Source: Gemmatimonadota bacterium (GTDB lineage: Bacteria; Gemmatimonadota; Gemmatimonadetes; Palauibacterales; Palauibacteraceae). From it: a DNA stretch of 64,000 bases. The notes beneath the pieces were generated by a model. It did not search any database and was not told the origin of the DNA. It saw only the letters and a list, made by a program, of their open reading frames with translations. Shown here piece after piece: positions 46,672 to 56,100 of this stretch. The stretch spans positions 1,140-65,139 of the forward strand of contig JAJEEM010000050.1 of the NCBI GenBank assembly GCA_022820995.1, given 5' to 3'. The number at the start of each line of letters is the position of its first letter. The first letter of the stretch is position 1. The translations under genes were made by a program, and so were the position numbers.

Positions 46672-47408
46672 CGCCGCCGGAGCAGCAGGCGATCCGGATC
46701 AAGAGGCTCTTCCGGAAGACGCGCTTCGGCATCTTCGTCCTCTTCGGCGCCATCGTATTCGCCACGTCCACGCTCTCGATCCGAACGGTCTCCAGCCAGT
46801 TGCAGGAGGAGTACGAGAGCAACAGCGCGAACATCGCCAAGAACATCGCCGACTCCAGCGTCGACATCCTTCTCAACCGGAACCTCGCCACGCTGCAGTC
46901 GCTCATCGACCAGTTCATCGAGATCCAGAGCATCCGGTACATCTACATCACGAGCGACACGGGCGAGATCCTGACCCACACGTTCGTGCCCGGCGTCCCC
47001 GATGTGATCCGCGAGGGCGACCCGCACGCGACCGAGCCGATCGAACGCAGCCTGCCGGGGATGGGCGATTTCGTCGAGGTCGGGAGCCCGATCCTGGCCG
47101 GCCAGGCCGGTACGGTGCACGTGGGGATGGACCTCGACCTCGTGCGGCTCAAGATCCAGCGCGCCACGGGACAGCAGATCGCCCTGATCTGCATCATTCT
47201 CATCGTCGGCGTCCTGGGTTCGATCTGGTTCGTGAAGCTCGCCGTCACCCCGCTGGAGGAACTGCTCTCCTACGTGGTGGGACTGGCCCGCCGCGACCCG
47301 GGCGGGATGACGGATGCACGGGTGCTGGCGCGCGACGACGAGATCGGGGAGATGGCTCGCCTGATGCTTCACGCGGTGAAGGGTGAAACGACGCCGGGAG
47401 CGGACTGA
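46668..47408 (+). CDS. 2-TM membrane receptor with periplasmic domain and terminal HAMP, no output domain
   Basis: TM1 FGIFVLFGAIVFA, periplasmic domain of roughly 130 aa, TM2 IALICIILIVGVLGSIWF, HAMP TPLEEL..RDDEIGEMAR; GTGA overlap. Confidence 0.8.
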   Translation: MTPPEQQAIRIKRLFRKTRFGIFVLFGAIVFATSTLSIRTVSSQLQEEYESNSANIAKNIADSSVDILLNRNLATLQSLIDQFIEIQSIRYIYITSDTGEILTHTFVPGVPDVIREGDPHATEPIERSLPGMGDFVEVGSPILAGQAGTVHVGMDLDLVRLKIQRATGQQIALICIILIVGVLGSIWFVKLAVTPLEELLSYVVGLARRDPGGMTDARVLARDDEIGEMARLMLHAVKGETTPGAD

Positions 47409-47409
47409 G

Positions 47410-48702
47410 GTGTCCACCGAGGGGTGGAAGGCGCCCCGAGTCGCGATCGCCTTCTTCTGCACCGTCCTGCAGGTCTGCTTCGGCACCGTCTACGCGTGGA
47501 GCTTCTTCCAGACGATGCTGGTGCGGCAGGCGGGCTGGACGTTCACGCAGGGGTCGCTCGCCTTCTGCATCGCGATCTTCTCGCTCGGAACGGCGGCGGC
47601 CTGGGCCGGCCAGTTGCTGCCGCGGGTGGGTCCCCGGCGGCTCGCCCTCATCGGAAGCACGCTGTTCGCGGGCGGCTACATCATCGCGAGCTTCGCGCTG
47701 CGGATCGACTCGATCCTCCTCTTCTACGCCGGCTACGGGCTCATCGGGGGCATCGGCATCGGACTCGGGTACGTGACTCCGGTCACCACGGCCGCGAAGT
47801 GGTTCCCGGACCGGAAGGGGCTCGTCACGGGCATCGTCGTCATGGGCTTCGGCATCGGCGCGCTCATCCTCAGCAAGGGTCTCGCACCGCTGTTGGTGCT
47901 GCAGACGGAGGGGGATCTCCCGCAGATCTTCCTGTGGCTCGGGATCGTCTTCGCGTGCATCCTGATCCCCAGCAGTTTCGTCATCGACGATCCGCCGGCC
48001 GCCCAGGTCGCGCCGTGGAAGCAGCCGGCGAAGGTGGGGCAATACCTGAAGTCGAGCCAGTTCGTCATCATCTGGATCGTTTTCTTCTTCAACATCGCCG
48101 CGGGCATCTCGGTCATCAGCTTCCAGTCCGAACTCCTGCAGGAGGTGTGGGGGCTGGCCGATCCCTCGGTAGAACCCGCGGTGCTGGCGGAATACGGGGC
48201 GACGCTCATCGCGGCGAGTTCCGTGTGCAACGGAGTCGGGCGCATCCTGTGGGCCTGGCTCTCCGACCGCATCGGGCGCGTCGGCGTGTTCCGGATCCTG
48301 CTCGCGAGCCAGATGGTCGTGTTCGGCGTCCTCATGACCGAGTCCAATCCGTGGATCTTCTCCGCGCTCGTGTGCTACGTGCTGCTCTGCTTCGGCGGAG
48401 GATTCGCGACCATGCCCTCGTTCATCCTCGAGGTGTACGGCCCCGGGAACATGTCGAAGGTGTACGGCGCGATTCTCACCGCCTGGGCCGCGGCGGGGAT
48501 CACCGGCCCGCTGTACGTCGGATACCTCAAGGACTCCTATCCAGACCGGGCGGTGATGTACTGCTTCCTGATCGGGATCCTGATGCTCGGCGCGGGCTAC
48601 CTGTTCTCGTACCTGCTGGACGATGACCGCGTCAGCCTGGGCCGCCCGACGGTGAAGAAGACGCTGGAGCGCTACGGGATCCCCGTCGCCGACCGGACCT
48701 GA
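47410..48702 (+). CDS. MFS transporter, oxalate:formate antiporter (OFA) family
   Basis: GTVYAWS, GIGLGYVTPV..KWFPDRKGLVTG..VMGFG.G, NGVGRILWAWLSDRIGR, FGGGFATMP; about 12 TM. Confidence 0.9.
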   Translation: MSTEGWKAPRVAIAFFCTVLQVCFGTVYAWSFFQTMLVRQAGWTFTQGSLAFCIAIFSLGTAAAWAGQLLPRVGPRRLALIGSTLFAGGYIIASFALRIDSILLFYAGYGLIGGIGIGLGYVTPVTTAAKWFPDRKGLVTGIVVMGFGIGALILSKGLAPLLVLQTEGDLPQIFLWLGIVFACILIPSSFVIDDPPAAQVAPWKQPAKVGQYLKSSQFVIIWIVFFFNIAAGISVISFQSELLQEVWGLADPSVEPAVLAEYGATLIAASSVCNGVGRILWAWLSDRIGRVGVFRILLASQMVVFGVLMTESNPWIFSALVCYVLLCFGGGFATMPSFILEVYGPGNMSKVYGAILTAWAAAGITGPLYVGYLKDSYPDRAVMYCFLIGILMLGAGYLFSYLLDDDRVSLGRPTVKKTLERYGIPVADRT

Positions 48703-48706
48703 CGCG

Positions 48707-49141
48707 CTACCGCTCGTGTCGCGCCGGCGGCTGCGCGGGAGCGACGGCGAATACCTCCACCTGCACCGGGAGGCCCGGAACTCCGGCCAACCGCCGGTCC
48801 GTCGTCAGCAGCGGGGCAGCAAGGGTCTCCGCGAGCGTGACGTAGGCGGCGTCGTACGCGGTGAGGTTGTGGCGACGGGACCAGATCCTCGACAGGAGCG
48901 GCTCGTGTCCGTGCCGCCGCACATCGAGATCGAGGAGGTTGCGATACGCCTCGCCGGCACGGGTCGACGAGACCGCCCCGGTTTTCTCGTACCGGCGCAG
49001 AACGTGGAGCACTTCGAGGTCCAGGAGTTCAGGGCTGTGGAGGGAGATCCCGGGATCGGAGATTCGTTGCATGATTCGGGCGCCGGAGGGCGTACCCACT
49101 ACCAGTTCCACGACGGCGGATGCATCCAGGACGGCGACCAC
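48707..49141 (-). CDS. vapC: VapC PIN-domain toxin
   Basis: VLDASAVV, DLEVLHVLRR, NLTAYDAAYVTLAE, LLTTDRRL. Confidence 0.92.
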   Translation of the reverse strand: MVAVLDASAVVELVVGTPSGARIMQRISDPGISLHSPELLDLEVLHVLRRYEKTGAVSSTRAGEAYRNLLDLDVRRHGHEPLLSRIWSRRHNLTAYDAAYVTLAETLAAPLLTTDRRLAGVPGLPVQVEVFAVAPAQPPARHER

Positions 49142-49147
49142 GCGGCG

Positions 49148-49378
49148 TCAGCGCCTCGCCCGGGCTTCGCGGAGGACCTCGCTCGGCGGGGGATCCGGTT
49201 CGATCGGTGGGAGCCGGGCAATGCGGTTGAACAGCTCTTCCCGCGTGGGCTTCTCCAGGGACCGGCGGATCTCGCGCAGGACGTAGTCCGACATCGACGT
49301 GCCGGCGAGCGCCGCACGGGACTTGAGCCGCCGGTGCAGTTCGTCCGGCATGTTTCGTATCTGAAGCATCTTTGACAT
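49148..49378 (-). CDS. Ribbon-helix-helix antitoxin (FitA/VapB-like)
   Basis: MLQIRNMPDELHRRLKSRAALAGTSMSDYVL; directly upstream of vapC. Confidence 0.9.
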   Translation of the reverse strand: MSKMLQIRNMPDELHRRLKSRAALAGTSMSDYVLREIRRSLEKPTREELFNRIARLPPIEPDPPPSEVLREARARR

Positions 49379-49413
49379 GTGACGAACATGATTTCATGTT
49401 ATAAACATGTCAA
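49372..49413. promoter_or_regulatory. 42-bp palindromic operator/bidirectional promoter
   Basis: TTGACATGT-gacg-AACATGA-tt-TCATGTT-ataa-ACATGTCAA; TTGACA on both strands. Confidence 0.75.
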
Positions 49414-49448
49414 GTGCGAGTGCGACAACCCATAGATCGGCGACGTAC

Positions 49449-50360
49449 ATGAACTCTTTCTCGGCTCCTTTCAGCGGCGCCCTCGCCGCGCTCGCGATGG
49501 CGTTTTTTTTCGGCTCGTGCGCGTCGCCGCCGGCTCCCCGGCCGCCGCTGGAGGTCGCGTGGGCGCCGGGCGCCCCCGTCCAGGGTCACCTCTTCGTCAT
49601 CGGCGTCGCGGCGCCATCGGGCTCCGGCGTGATCTCGGCCGCCGGCGAGGTGGCTGGCGAGGCGCTGCACTTCCGGCGCGTCGGACCCCTGCTCGAGAGT
49701 CTGGCGGCGGTCCCGATTTCGACGGTGGACACGCTCGACGCGTGGGTGCGGGCGGACTATGCGGACGGCCGGTCCCGGACCGACTCGCTCCGCATTCCCG
49801 TGCGGGAGGGCGAATACGCACATGAGCGGCTCACGGTGGCCCCGCGCTTCGGGTCCCCGCCGAACGAGGAAGACCAGGCGCGGCTGGCAAGCGATCGGGC
49901 GAAGGCCGCCCGTGCCTCGCGCGAAGCGCACGCCATGCCGCGCATGTGGAGCACGGTGCGTCTCCCCCGCGAGTCCCGCGTGACGAGCGGCTTCGGCACG
50001 GGCTGCGAGTTCAACGGACAGATCACGAGCCGCCACATGGGACTCGACCTGGCCGGCGCCCGCGGCGCGATCGTGGCGGCGGCCGCCGATGGCGTCGTGG
50101 CGGTCGTCGACGGCTTTCTGCTCGGAGGGAACGTCGTCTACCTCAATCACGGCGGCGGCCTGCTCACCGGCTACTTCCACCTGAGCGAACAACTCGTCTC
50201 CGTCGGCGACACGGTCACGGCGGGGACGCCCATCGGACGGGTCGGGGCCACGGGTCGCGTTACCGGCCCCCACCTGCACTGGGTCGTGCGTTACGGGGGT
50301 ACGAGCGTGGACCCGCGCAGCCTGCTCGCGCTCCCGGGGATCAGAGCCATCCCGGAATGA
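49449..50360 (+). CDS. M23 family metallopeptidase, probable lipoprotein
   Basis: HMGLD (HxxxD), YFHLS, GATGRVTGPHLHW; FGSC lipobox-like; an alternative in-frame ATG lies at 49407. Confidence 0.9.
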   Translation: MNSFSAPFSGALAALAMAFFFGSCASPPAPRPPLEVAWAPGAPVQGHLFVIGVAAPSGSGVISAAGEVAGEALHFRRVGPLLESLAAVPISTVDTLDAWVRADYADGRSRTDSLRIPVREGEYAHERLTVAPRFGSPPNEEDQARLASDRAKAARASREAHAMPRMWSTVRLPRESRVTSGFGTGCEFNGQITSRHMGLDLAGARGAIVAAAADGVVAVVDGFLLGGNVVYLNHGGGLLTGYFHLSEQLVSVGDTVTAGTPIGRVGATGRVTGPHLHWVVRYGGTSVDPRSLLALPGIRAIPE

Positions 50361-51117
50361 TCGCCTTCCGCTCCGGCGGATAGTCCTCGAACCGTTCGCG
50401 GTACCAGCGGTGGTGGCTGAGCGCCCGCGGGACGAGGTTCGCCGCCGTGAACAGGAAGAAGGCGAGGCCGGCCAGCGACCATGTCGCGAGCGCCCACCCG
50501 GCCCATTCCATCACCTCTCCCAGGTAGTTGGGACACGAGACGTAGCGGAACCCCCCGCCGCGGGGGATCGAATAGCCCGTCTCCCCGGGCTTCCGCAGCT
50601 TCAGCAGGGTGTTGTCGGAGTGCAGGTTGAGGGCGAAGCCGGCCGCGAAGACGGACAGGCCGGCCAGGAACCGCGGATCTCCCAGCCACTGCAGGTCGTA
50701 CTGTCCGATCTCCGAGATCCAGCGCGCATTCACATACGCGTTCAGCATATTGAAAGCGAAACCGGAGGCCGGGGCGGCGACGGGTATCCTCTTTCCCTTG
50801 GTCCGCGTCCGGAGGGGATAGATGAACGTCCGGTTCAGATAGTGGCACTGCCATATTCCGAGAAAGACGAGCGGCACCGCGTCGCCGGCCGACTGTCCCG
50901 CGAAATAGACATACGCAAAGAAGGCCGGCGCCGGTATTTCCATCAGAATCCAGCCGACGCGATCCGGGAGGGTCGGGCCCCAGCCTCGCCCGGAATAGTG
51001 GCGGCCGTAGGGAGCCTTCAGACGGAGCAGACCGACGAAGGTCAGGGGCGCGAGGGCGAGGAGGATCCATACCAGGGCGCTGTGGAGCGCGACTTCGCCC
51101 ATCGCGGACACGATCAC
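50341..51117 (-). CDS. Steroid 5-alpha-reductase family protein (3-oxo-5-alpha-steroid 4-dehydrogenase)
   Basis: APYGRH, LMEIP, HYLNRT, HSD..L..LR, YSIPRGG.FRYVSCPNYLGEVMEW, HHRWY..F.DYP..RKAIIP. Confidence 0.9.
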   Translation of the reverse strand: MIVSAMGEVALHSALVWILLALAPLTFVGLLRLKAPYGRHYSGRGWGPTLPDRVGWILMEIPAPAFFAYVYFAGQSAGDAVPLVFLGIWQCHYLNRTFIYPLRTRTKGKRIPVAAPASGFAFNMLNAYVNARWISEIGQYDLQWLGDPRFLAGLSVFAAGFALNLHSDNTLLKLRKPGETGYSIPRGGGFRYVSCPNYLGEVMEWAGWALATWSLAGLAFFLFTAANLVPRALSHHRWYRERFEDYPPERKAIIPGWL

Positions 51118-51141
51118 GTCAGCGGCCGGCTTGTGTCGACA

Positions 51142-52149
51142 CTAGAAGGGGATCACGGCGCCCAGGCCGAGATCCTCCGCCCGGCTCAGGGCCGTTTCCG
51201 CGATCGCGACATCCTGCGCGGCATTCCCCACCGACTTGAAGAGGGTGAAATCGCGGCCGCCGCGCCCGTCCGGGGCCTGGCCGTTGACGATCTCGCCGAG
51301 TTCGGCATCGATCACGTCGCGCCCGACGATCCCCTTCTCCACCGGGATGATGAGGTCGCCGGCCTCCTCCCATATCGCTTCGCGCTGGTCCACGATCACG
51401 CGTGCGCGGGTGACGATCTCCTCGGGGATCTCGCGCGTGTGAGGCTGAAAGGCGCCGATCGCGTTGATGTGGGCTCCGGGTTCGAGGAGTTCGGGGGAGA
51501 AGACGGGCGTCTCGCTCGTGGTCGCGGTCACGACGAGGCGCGCGCCGTCAAGCGCCTCGGCCGGGGTCGCGGCCGCCCGGATCCGGGGAGGAGTTCCTCC
51601 ATCGGGCGGCACCAGCGATGCGGCCCGCGCGGTGAGGACGGCGGCCAGTTCCTCGGCGCCTTCCGGGGGAAGGGAGACGATCCGTATCTCGCGCAGCGGG
51701 CGGCAGGCCGCCAGCAATTCGATGTGGGCCCGGCCCTGGGCACCGGCGCCGAATACGGCGAGCACATCCGCGGCGGGATCGGCCAGCAGTTCCGTGGCCA
51801 GCCCGCTGCCCGCCGCCGTCCGGATCTCCGTGAGCGAGGTGCCGTCGAGGAGGGCGCGGGCGCCTCCCGTCTCCGCGTCGAGCAGGAGGACCGCCCCCTG
51901 GATCGGCGGCTGACCGGCGGAGACGTTGCCGGGGAAGACCGAGACGATCTTCGCGCCGAGCCCCCCGGAACCAGCGAGGAAGGCGGGCATGAGAAGCGTG
52001 ATCCCGCGCCGGCTCTCGAGATGCCCCCGCACGGGAACCACCGCCTGACCGCCGGACAGTTCCCCGAACGCGACCCACATCGCGTCCACCGCGGCCTTCG
52101 CCGTCACGGCCCGCTCGATGTCGCTCCTCGAGAGAATCCGGATCTCCAC
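51142..52149 (-). CDS. Ornithine cyclodeaminase/mu-crystallin family protein
   Basis: KIVSVFPGN, LTEIRTAA, FGAGAQG, HINAIGA, FKSVGNAAQD. Confidence 0.92.
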   Translation of the reverse strand: MEIRILSRSDIERAVTAKAAVDAMWVAFGELSGGQAVVPVRGHLESRRGITLLMPAFLAGSGGLGAKIVSVFPGNVSAGQPPIQGAVLLLDAETGGARALLDGTSLTEIRTAAGSGLATELLADPAADVLAVFGAGAQGRAHIELLAACRPLREIRIVSLPPEGAEELAAVLTARAASLVPPDGGTPPRIRAAATPAEALDGARLVVTATTSETPVFSPELLEPGAHINAIGAFQPHTREIPEEIVTRARVIVDQREAIWEEAGDLIIPVEKGIVGRDVIDAELGEIVNGQAPDGRGGRDFTLFKSVGNAAQDVAIAETALSRAEDLGLGAVIPF

Positions 52150-52153
52150 TCGT

Positions 52154-53077
52154 TCAGCCTCCCGTACTGTCGGCGCCGGAGGAGCGGCGCTCCTGGATGG
52201 CGGATCGGAGCATCGTGATCGCGGCGTAGAGGACGACGACGACGACGAGCCAGCGCATGGCGTTCAAAGGAAGCGACCGGACGATGAAAGCGGCGATCAG
52301 CACGGCGGGGATCCCGCCGATCGCGAGGCCGAGCGCCGCCCGGAGTCCGTAACGTCCCGCCTTCAGGAAACGCAGACCCGCGACCGGCATGAGGAAGGCG
52401 GACGCGCCCATCATGATCGGGAAGGCGACGGCCGGGTTCAGTCCCATGATGCTGACGACGATCATCGTCGGGGCGTAGATCCCGATCCCGATCGTCATGA
52501 GCGCCCCGAGGACGAAGAGGCAGCCCGCGGCGAGGGCGAGCGATCCGCCGGACAGGCCGGAGGCCTCTCCTCCCACGGCCGCGATCTCGAAGATCGCCAT
52601 GAGGAAGGTGGCGGCGGCGATGAGGAGCGCGACTCCCATCCCGATCCGGATCCGGTAGCGGGGCAGGCGGGCCACGACCCCCGCGCCCAGCCAGGCCCCG
52701 AGGACGGCGGCGGCAATGAGGACGAAGAGCGTCGTCGGCTCCACGCTGATGATCGCGATGAAGATGAACGCCTGGATCACGACCGGAGGCGTGTGTCCGA
52801 TCATCATCGTGCCCGGGATTTCCTCGTCGGGCACGACCTTCTTCAGCTTGAACAGCGACGTGGTCGGCGCGAAGGAGCCGATGCCGAGCGTATCGAAGAA
52901 GTTCGTCCCGAAGCCCACCAGGAGTTCGAACGCGCTCGGGCGGCCGCGCCAGCCGTCACGCTCCCGACCGGCCCGCGTGGCCGCGGCGGCGGCGCGCGCC
53001 CACGCGATGAGAAGCCCGGCCGTAAGGAGCGCCAGAACGGAGAACAGGTAGAGGCGCGGATCGCTCAGGTCAGGCAC
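52154..53077 (-). CDS. TauE/SafE (TSUP) family membrane transporter
   Basis: NFFDTLGIGSFA, GALMTIGIGIYAP..GLNPAVAFPIMMG; about 9 TM. Confidence 0.8.
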   Translation of the reverse strand: MPDLSDPRLYLFSVLALLTAGLLIAWARAAAAATRAGRERDGWRGRPSAFELLVGFGTNFFDTLGIGSFAPTTSLFKLKKVVPDEEIPGTMMIGHTPPVVIQAFIFIAIISVEPTTLFVLIAAAVLGAWLGAGVVARLPRYRIRIGMGVALLIAAATFLMAIFEIAAVGGEASGLSGGSLALAAGCLFVLGALMTIGIGIYAPTMIVVSIMGLNPAVAFPIMMGASAFLMPVAGLRFLKAGRYGLRAALGLAIGGIPAVLIAAFIVRSLPLNAMRWLVVVVVLYAAITMLRSAIQERRSSGADSTGG

Positions 53078-53101
53078 CCGGTTCGACGCTCCTTGTCGAG
53101 G

Positions 53102-56100
53102 TCAGCGTGGCGGGGGGTCCTCGGACAGCGCCCGGTAGTAGGCCTCCACGAGTTCGCGGTATTCCTCCGGTACGTCGTCCGATCCGGAGAGGAAAAAGCG
53201 CTCGATCTGCGACCCCAGTTCTCGGCGGAGGGCGAACTCGAAGTCCTTCAGGCCCCGCAGCACGTCCGCCTGGAGCGCGGCCAGTTCCTCGGGATCGTCG
53301 AAGTCCCCAATGGTGCGCAGGCGGTCGAGTCCGGCGATGGCGTCGTCGAGGTCGCCCACGTCGACGCCCTCCTGACCCAGTTCGTCGCGCAGGCGGCGGG
53401 CGTCCTGTGCCCGCTGACGGAATTCCCGCTGGAACTGCCGGACGTCTTCGGGCGACAGCCACGGTCCACCGCCTCCGCCGCCGCCCCCGCCGGGCGCGAA
53501 CCCCTGGCCGCCGCGGGGGTTCTGGCCGGGCTGCCCCGGCTGCCCGCCACGACCTCCCTGACCCTGGCCCTCGCCCTGCTGCTGGCCGCCCTGGCCCTCA
53601 CCCTGCTGGCCGCCTTCCTGCCCCTGGCCGCCCTGCTGACCCTGGCCACCCTGTTGGCCCTCGCCCTGCTGCCCCTGACCCTGGCCCTGCTGTTCGCCCT
53701 GGCCTTCCTGCTGCCCCTGGCCCTGCTGGTCGCCCTGGCCCTGTTGCTGCCCTTGGCCCTCCTGCCCTTCCTGGCCCTGTTGCAGGCGTTCCTGGAGCGA
53801 CTCGAGGCCGCGGACGAGGTCGCGCGTCTCGTCCAGTTGCCGGCCGAGGCGGCGGGGGTCCGACTCGCTCAGCGCATCCCGCGCGGCCTGGACCCGGGCA
53901 CGCACGTTCTCCGCGTCCCGGGTGATCTGTTCCTCGAAATTCCGCACATAGTCCTCTGACTGCGTGCCGAGGACGCCTCGCGAGAAGTTGAGCTTGTCCC
54001 GCAGGCGGCTCTCGCGGATCTCGCCGGCGGCTTCCGTCAAGCGTCGGGCGGCGTCCGGCTGATCCTGACGCGCCTCGCGCGCCAGGCGGTCCAGATCGGT
54101 CTCCAACTGGTCCACTTCGCGGGCGAGTTCGGTCTTGCGTTCGCGCAATCCGGCCACGCGGTCCGGGTCGCCGCCCGTCGGATCCTCGTTCACGTCGCTC
54201 TGCAGTTCCCGCTGACGCTCCGCGATCCGTTCGGCCCGCCGCGCGGCGTCCTCGACCTCCCGTTCCACCGCCGCGACCTGCCGGTTCTCGAGCAGACGGC
54301 GTGCGTCGCGCAGCCGGTCGAGGGCGTTCGACGCCTCCGCCTGCCCCTGCCCCCGGCGACCCTGCGCCTGCGCCCGCCGCATCTCGTCCGCCGCCTCCTG
54401 CAGCCGGCGCGCGGATTCCTCGACGTCCGCCCGGTCGCCCTCGCGGCCCAGGCGCTGCAGCTGGCGGGCCAACTCCTCCGTCTCCTGGATCATTTGCTGT
54501 TGCTGACCCTGGCCTCCGCCCGCGGCGCCCCGCGGCTGCGCGGCCGCGCGTTCGTTCATCTGCTGCTGGCGCCTCGCGAGTTCCTCGAGCTTCTGCAGCG
54601 CCTCGTCCACCTCCTGGTCCTGCTGTTGCTGCTGGCCTCGCTGGACGGTCTCGTACTGGTTCCTAAGGCGGTCCAGCTCCAGTTCGAAGAGGTCCGCGAG
54701 TTCCTCGGCCCCCGACCCGACACTTCCCGGCGTACCGCCGCCGCCACCGCCGCCCTGCTGCACCTGGACATCACGGAACGCGGCTTCGGCGCGCTGCAGG
54801 TGCTGGAGCGAGCGCTGTTCGGGCGCGAGCGCTTCCTTGAGCTGGCGCTCGCCCAGCCTCGTCTCCGCTTCCAGCATCGCGGGCGGCGCCTGCGGGAGTT
54901 CCCGGAACACCGTCTCGAGCGACGGGTCGCCCGCCACGCCGCGCTGCTGCATCTGCGCGATCAGCTCTTCCACCTGCTGTCGCAGCCGCCCCTGCAACAG
55001 CGTGAGCGTCGCGAGGTTCTCCGACATTTCCTCTTCTTCGAACTCGTTGCTGTCGCGCTCCAGGCGGAAGGTCGCGGCGACGATCTGTCGCTGCTGTTCG
55101 GACAGTTCGCCGCCCATGCCGGCCCCGCCGCCTCCGCCGCCGCCCCCTCCCCCGCCCTGCTCGGCCTGGCGGAAGTTCCGGTCGAAGGGGCGGATCTCGA
55201 CGAAGTAGATGTCCGAGCTTTCGATTCCGCCGCCGGGGCCGCCGGGGCGGAGGTCCGCCGCGCGCGCGTAGTAGGAGAGGACGTCGCCCGGCTCGAGGCC
55301 GAACTCCTCGAGGAAGAAGGTGTGTCCACCGGAGAGCTGCGTGGTTCCGCCGCCGGTCGTGCCGTGGAGAACGCGGGACGATTCCTCCCCGCCGTTCACC
55401 GAGTAGAGGAGTTCGACCCGCCCGAGCCCGAAGTCATCCTCCGCCTCGACCTCCACGTACAGTTCCTCGATCGGCGAGAGGCGCGTGTCCCGTCCCGGCT
55501 CGGAGATCCGGACTCCCGGGGGCTGGTCGTCGAGCGGTTCGACGAGGTAGTCGGGGGAGCCGATGACGAAACGGTTGCCCGGACCCATGAACTCGATGCG
55601 GTAGAAGGTCTCGCCGGTCACCGTGAAGCTCGTCTCGAACGCGCCGTTCACGGGCTCGAGCGCGGCGCCCTCCTCCTCGCCGTCGAACGCGAGCCGCGCC
55701 GCCTCCGTGGCCATCGTCGGCGTGACGCGAAGGCGGACCTCGGTCCCCCGCAGCACGGCGATGTCGCCGCCATCCTCCACCGTCCGCGGGCTCAGCCCCG
55801 TGTAGGCGGGGAAGTGGTACTCGAGGTCGATCCGGTCGACGTAGGGGAGGTCCGCGACCTCGATGGTGAACACGGGCGAGCGGACGCCCTCGGAACTCAC
55901 CGTGTAGTCGGTGGGCTCGTCGAGGTCGAAGAGGAGGACCTCGAACGCGGCGCCCTCCGCGGCCGGCGTCATGAAGTAGCGTTCCCACGCGTCCGACTCG
56001 CCGCGCCGGACGGAGACCTCCACTTCGTCGGTCTCGAACCCCTGCGGGAAGGCGCGCACGAGCTGGTCCGAGCCGCGGGCGATGAGCGCGTCGCCGGGCT

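Noticed and set aside
50341-50360. 20-bp 3' overlap of convergent M23 and steroid reductase genes
   Set aside because: Short convergent overlaps are common in compact GC-rich genomes; no evidence of function
53470-53782. CRISPR array or non-coding tandem repeat
   Set aside because: Repeats are short, degenerate, in-frame and coding (Gln/Gly); there are no unique spacers or cas genes
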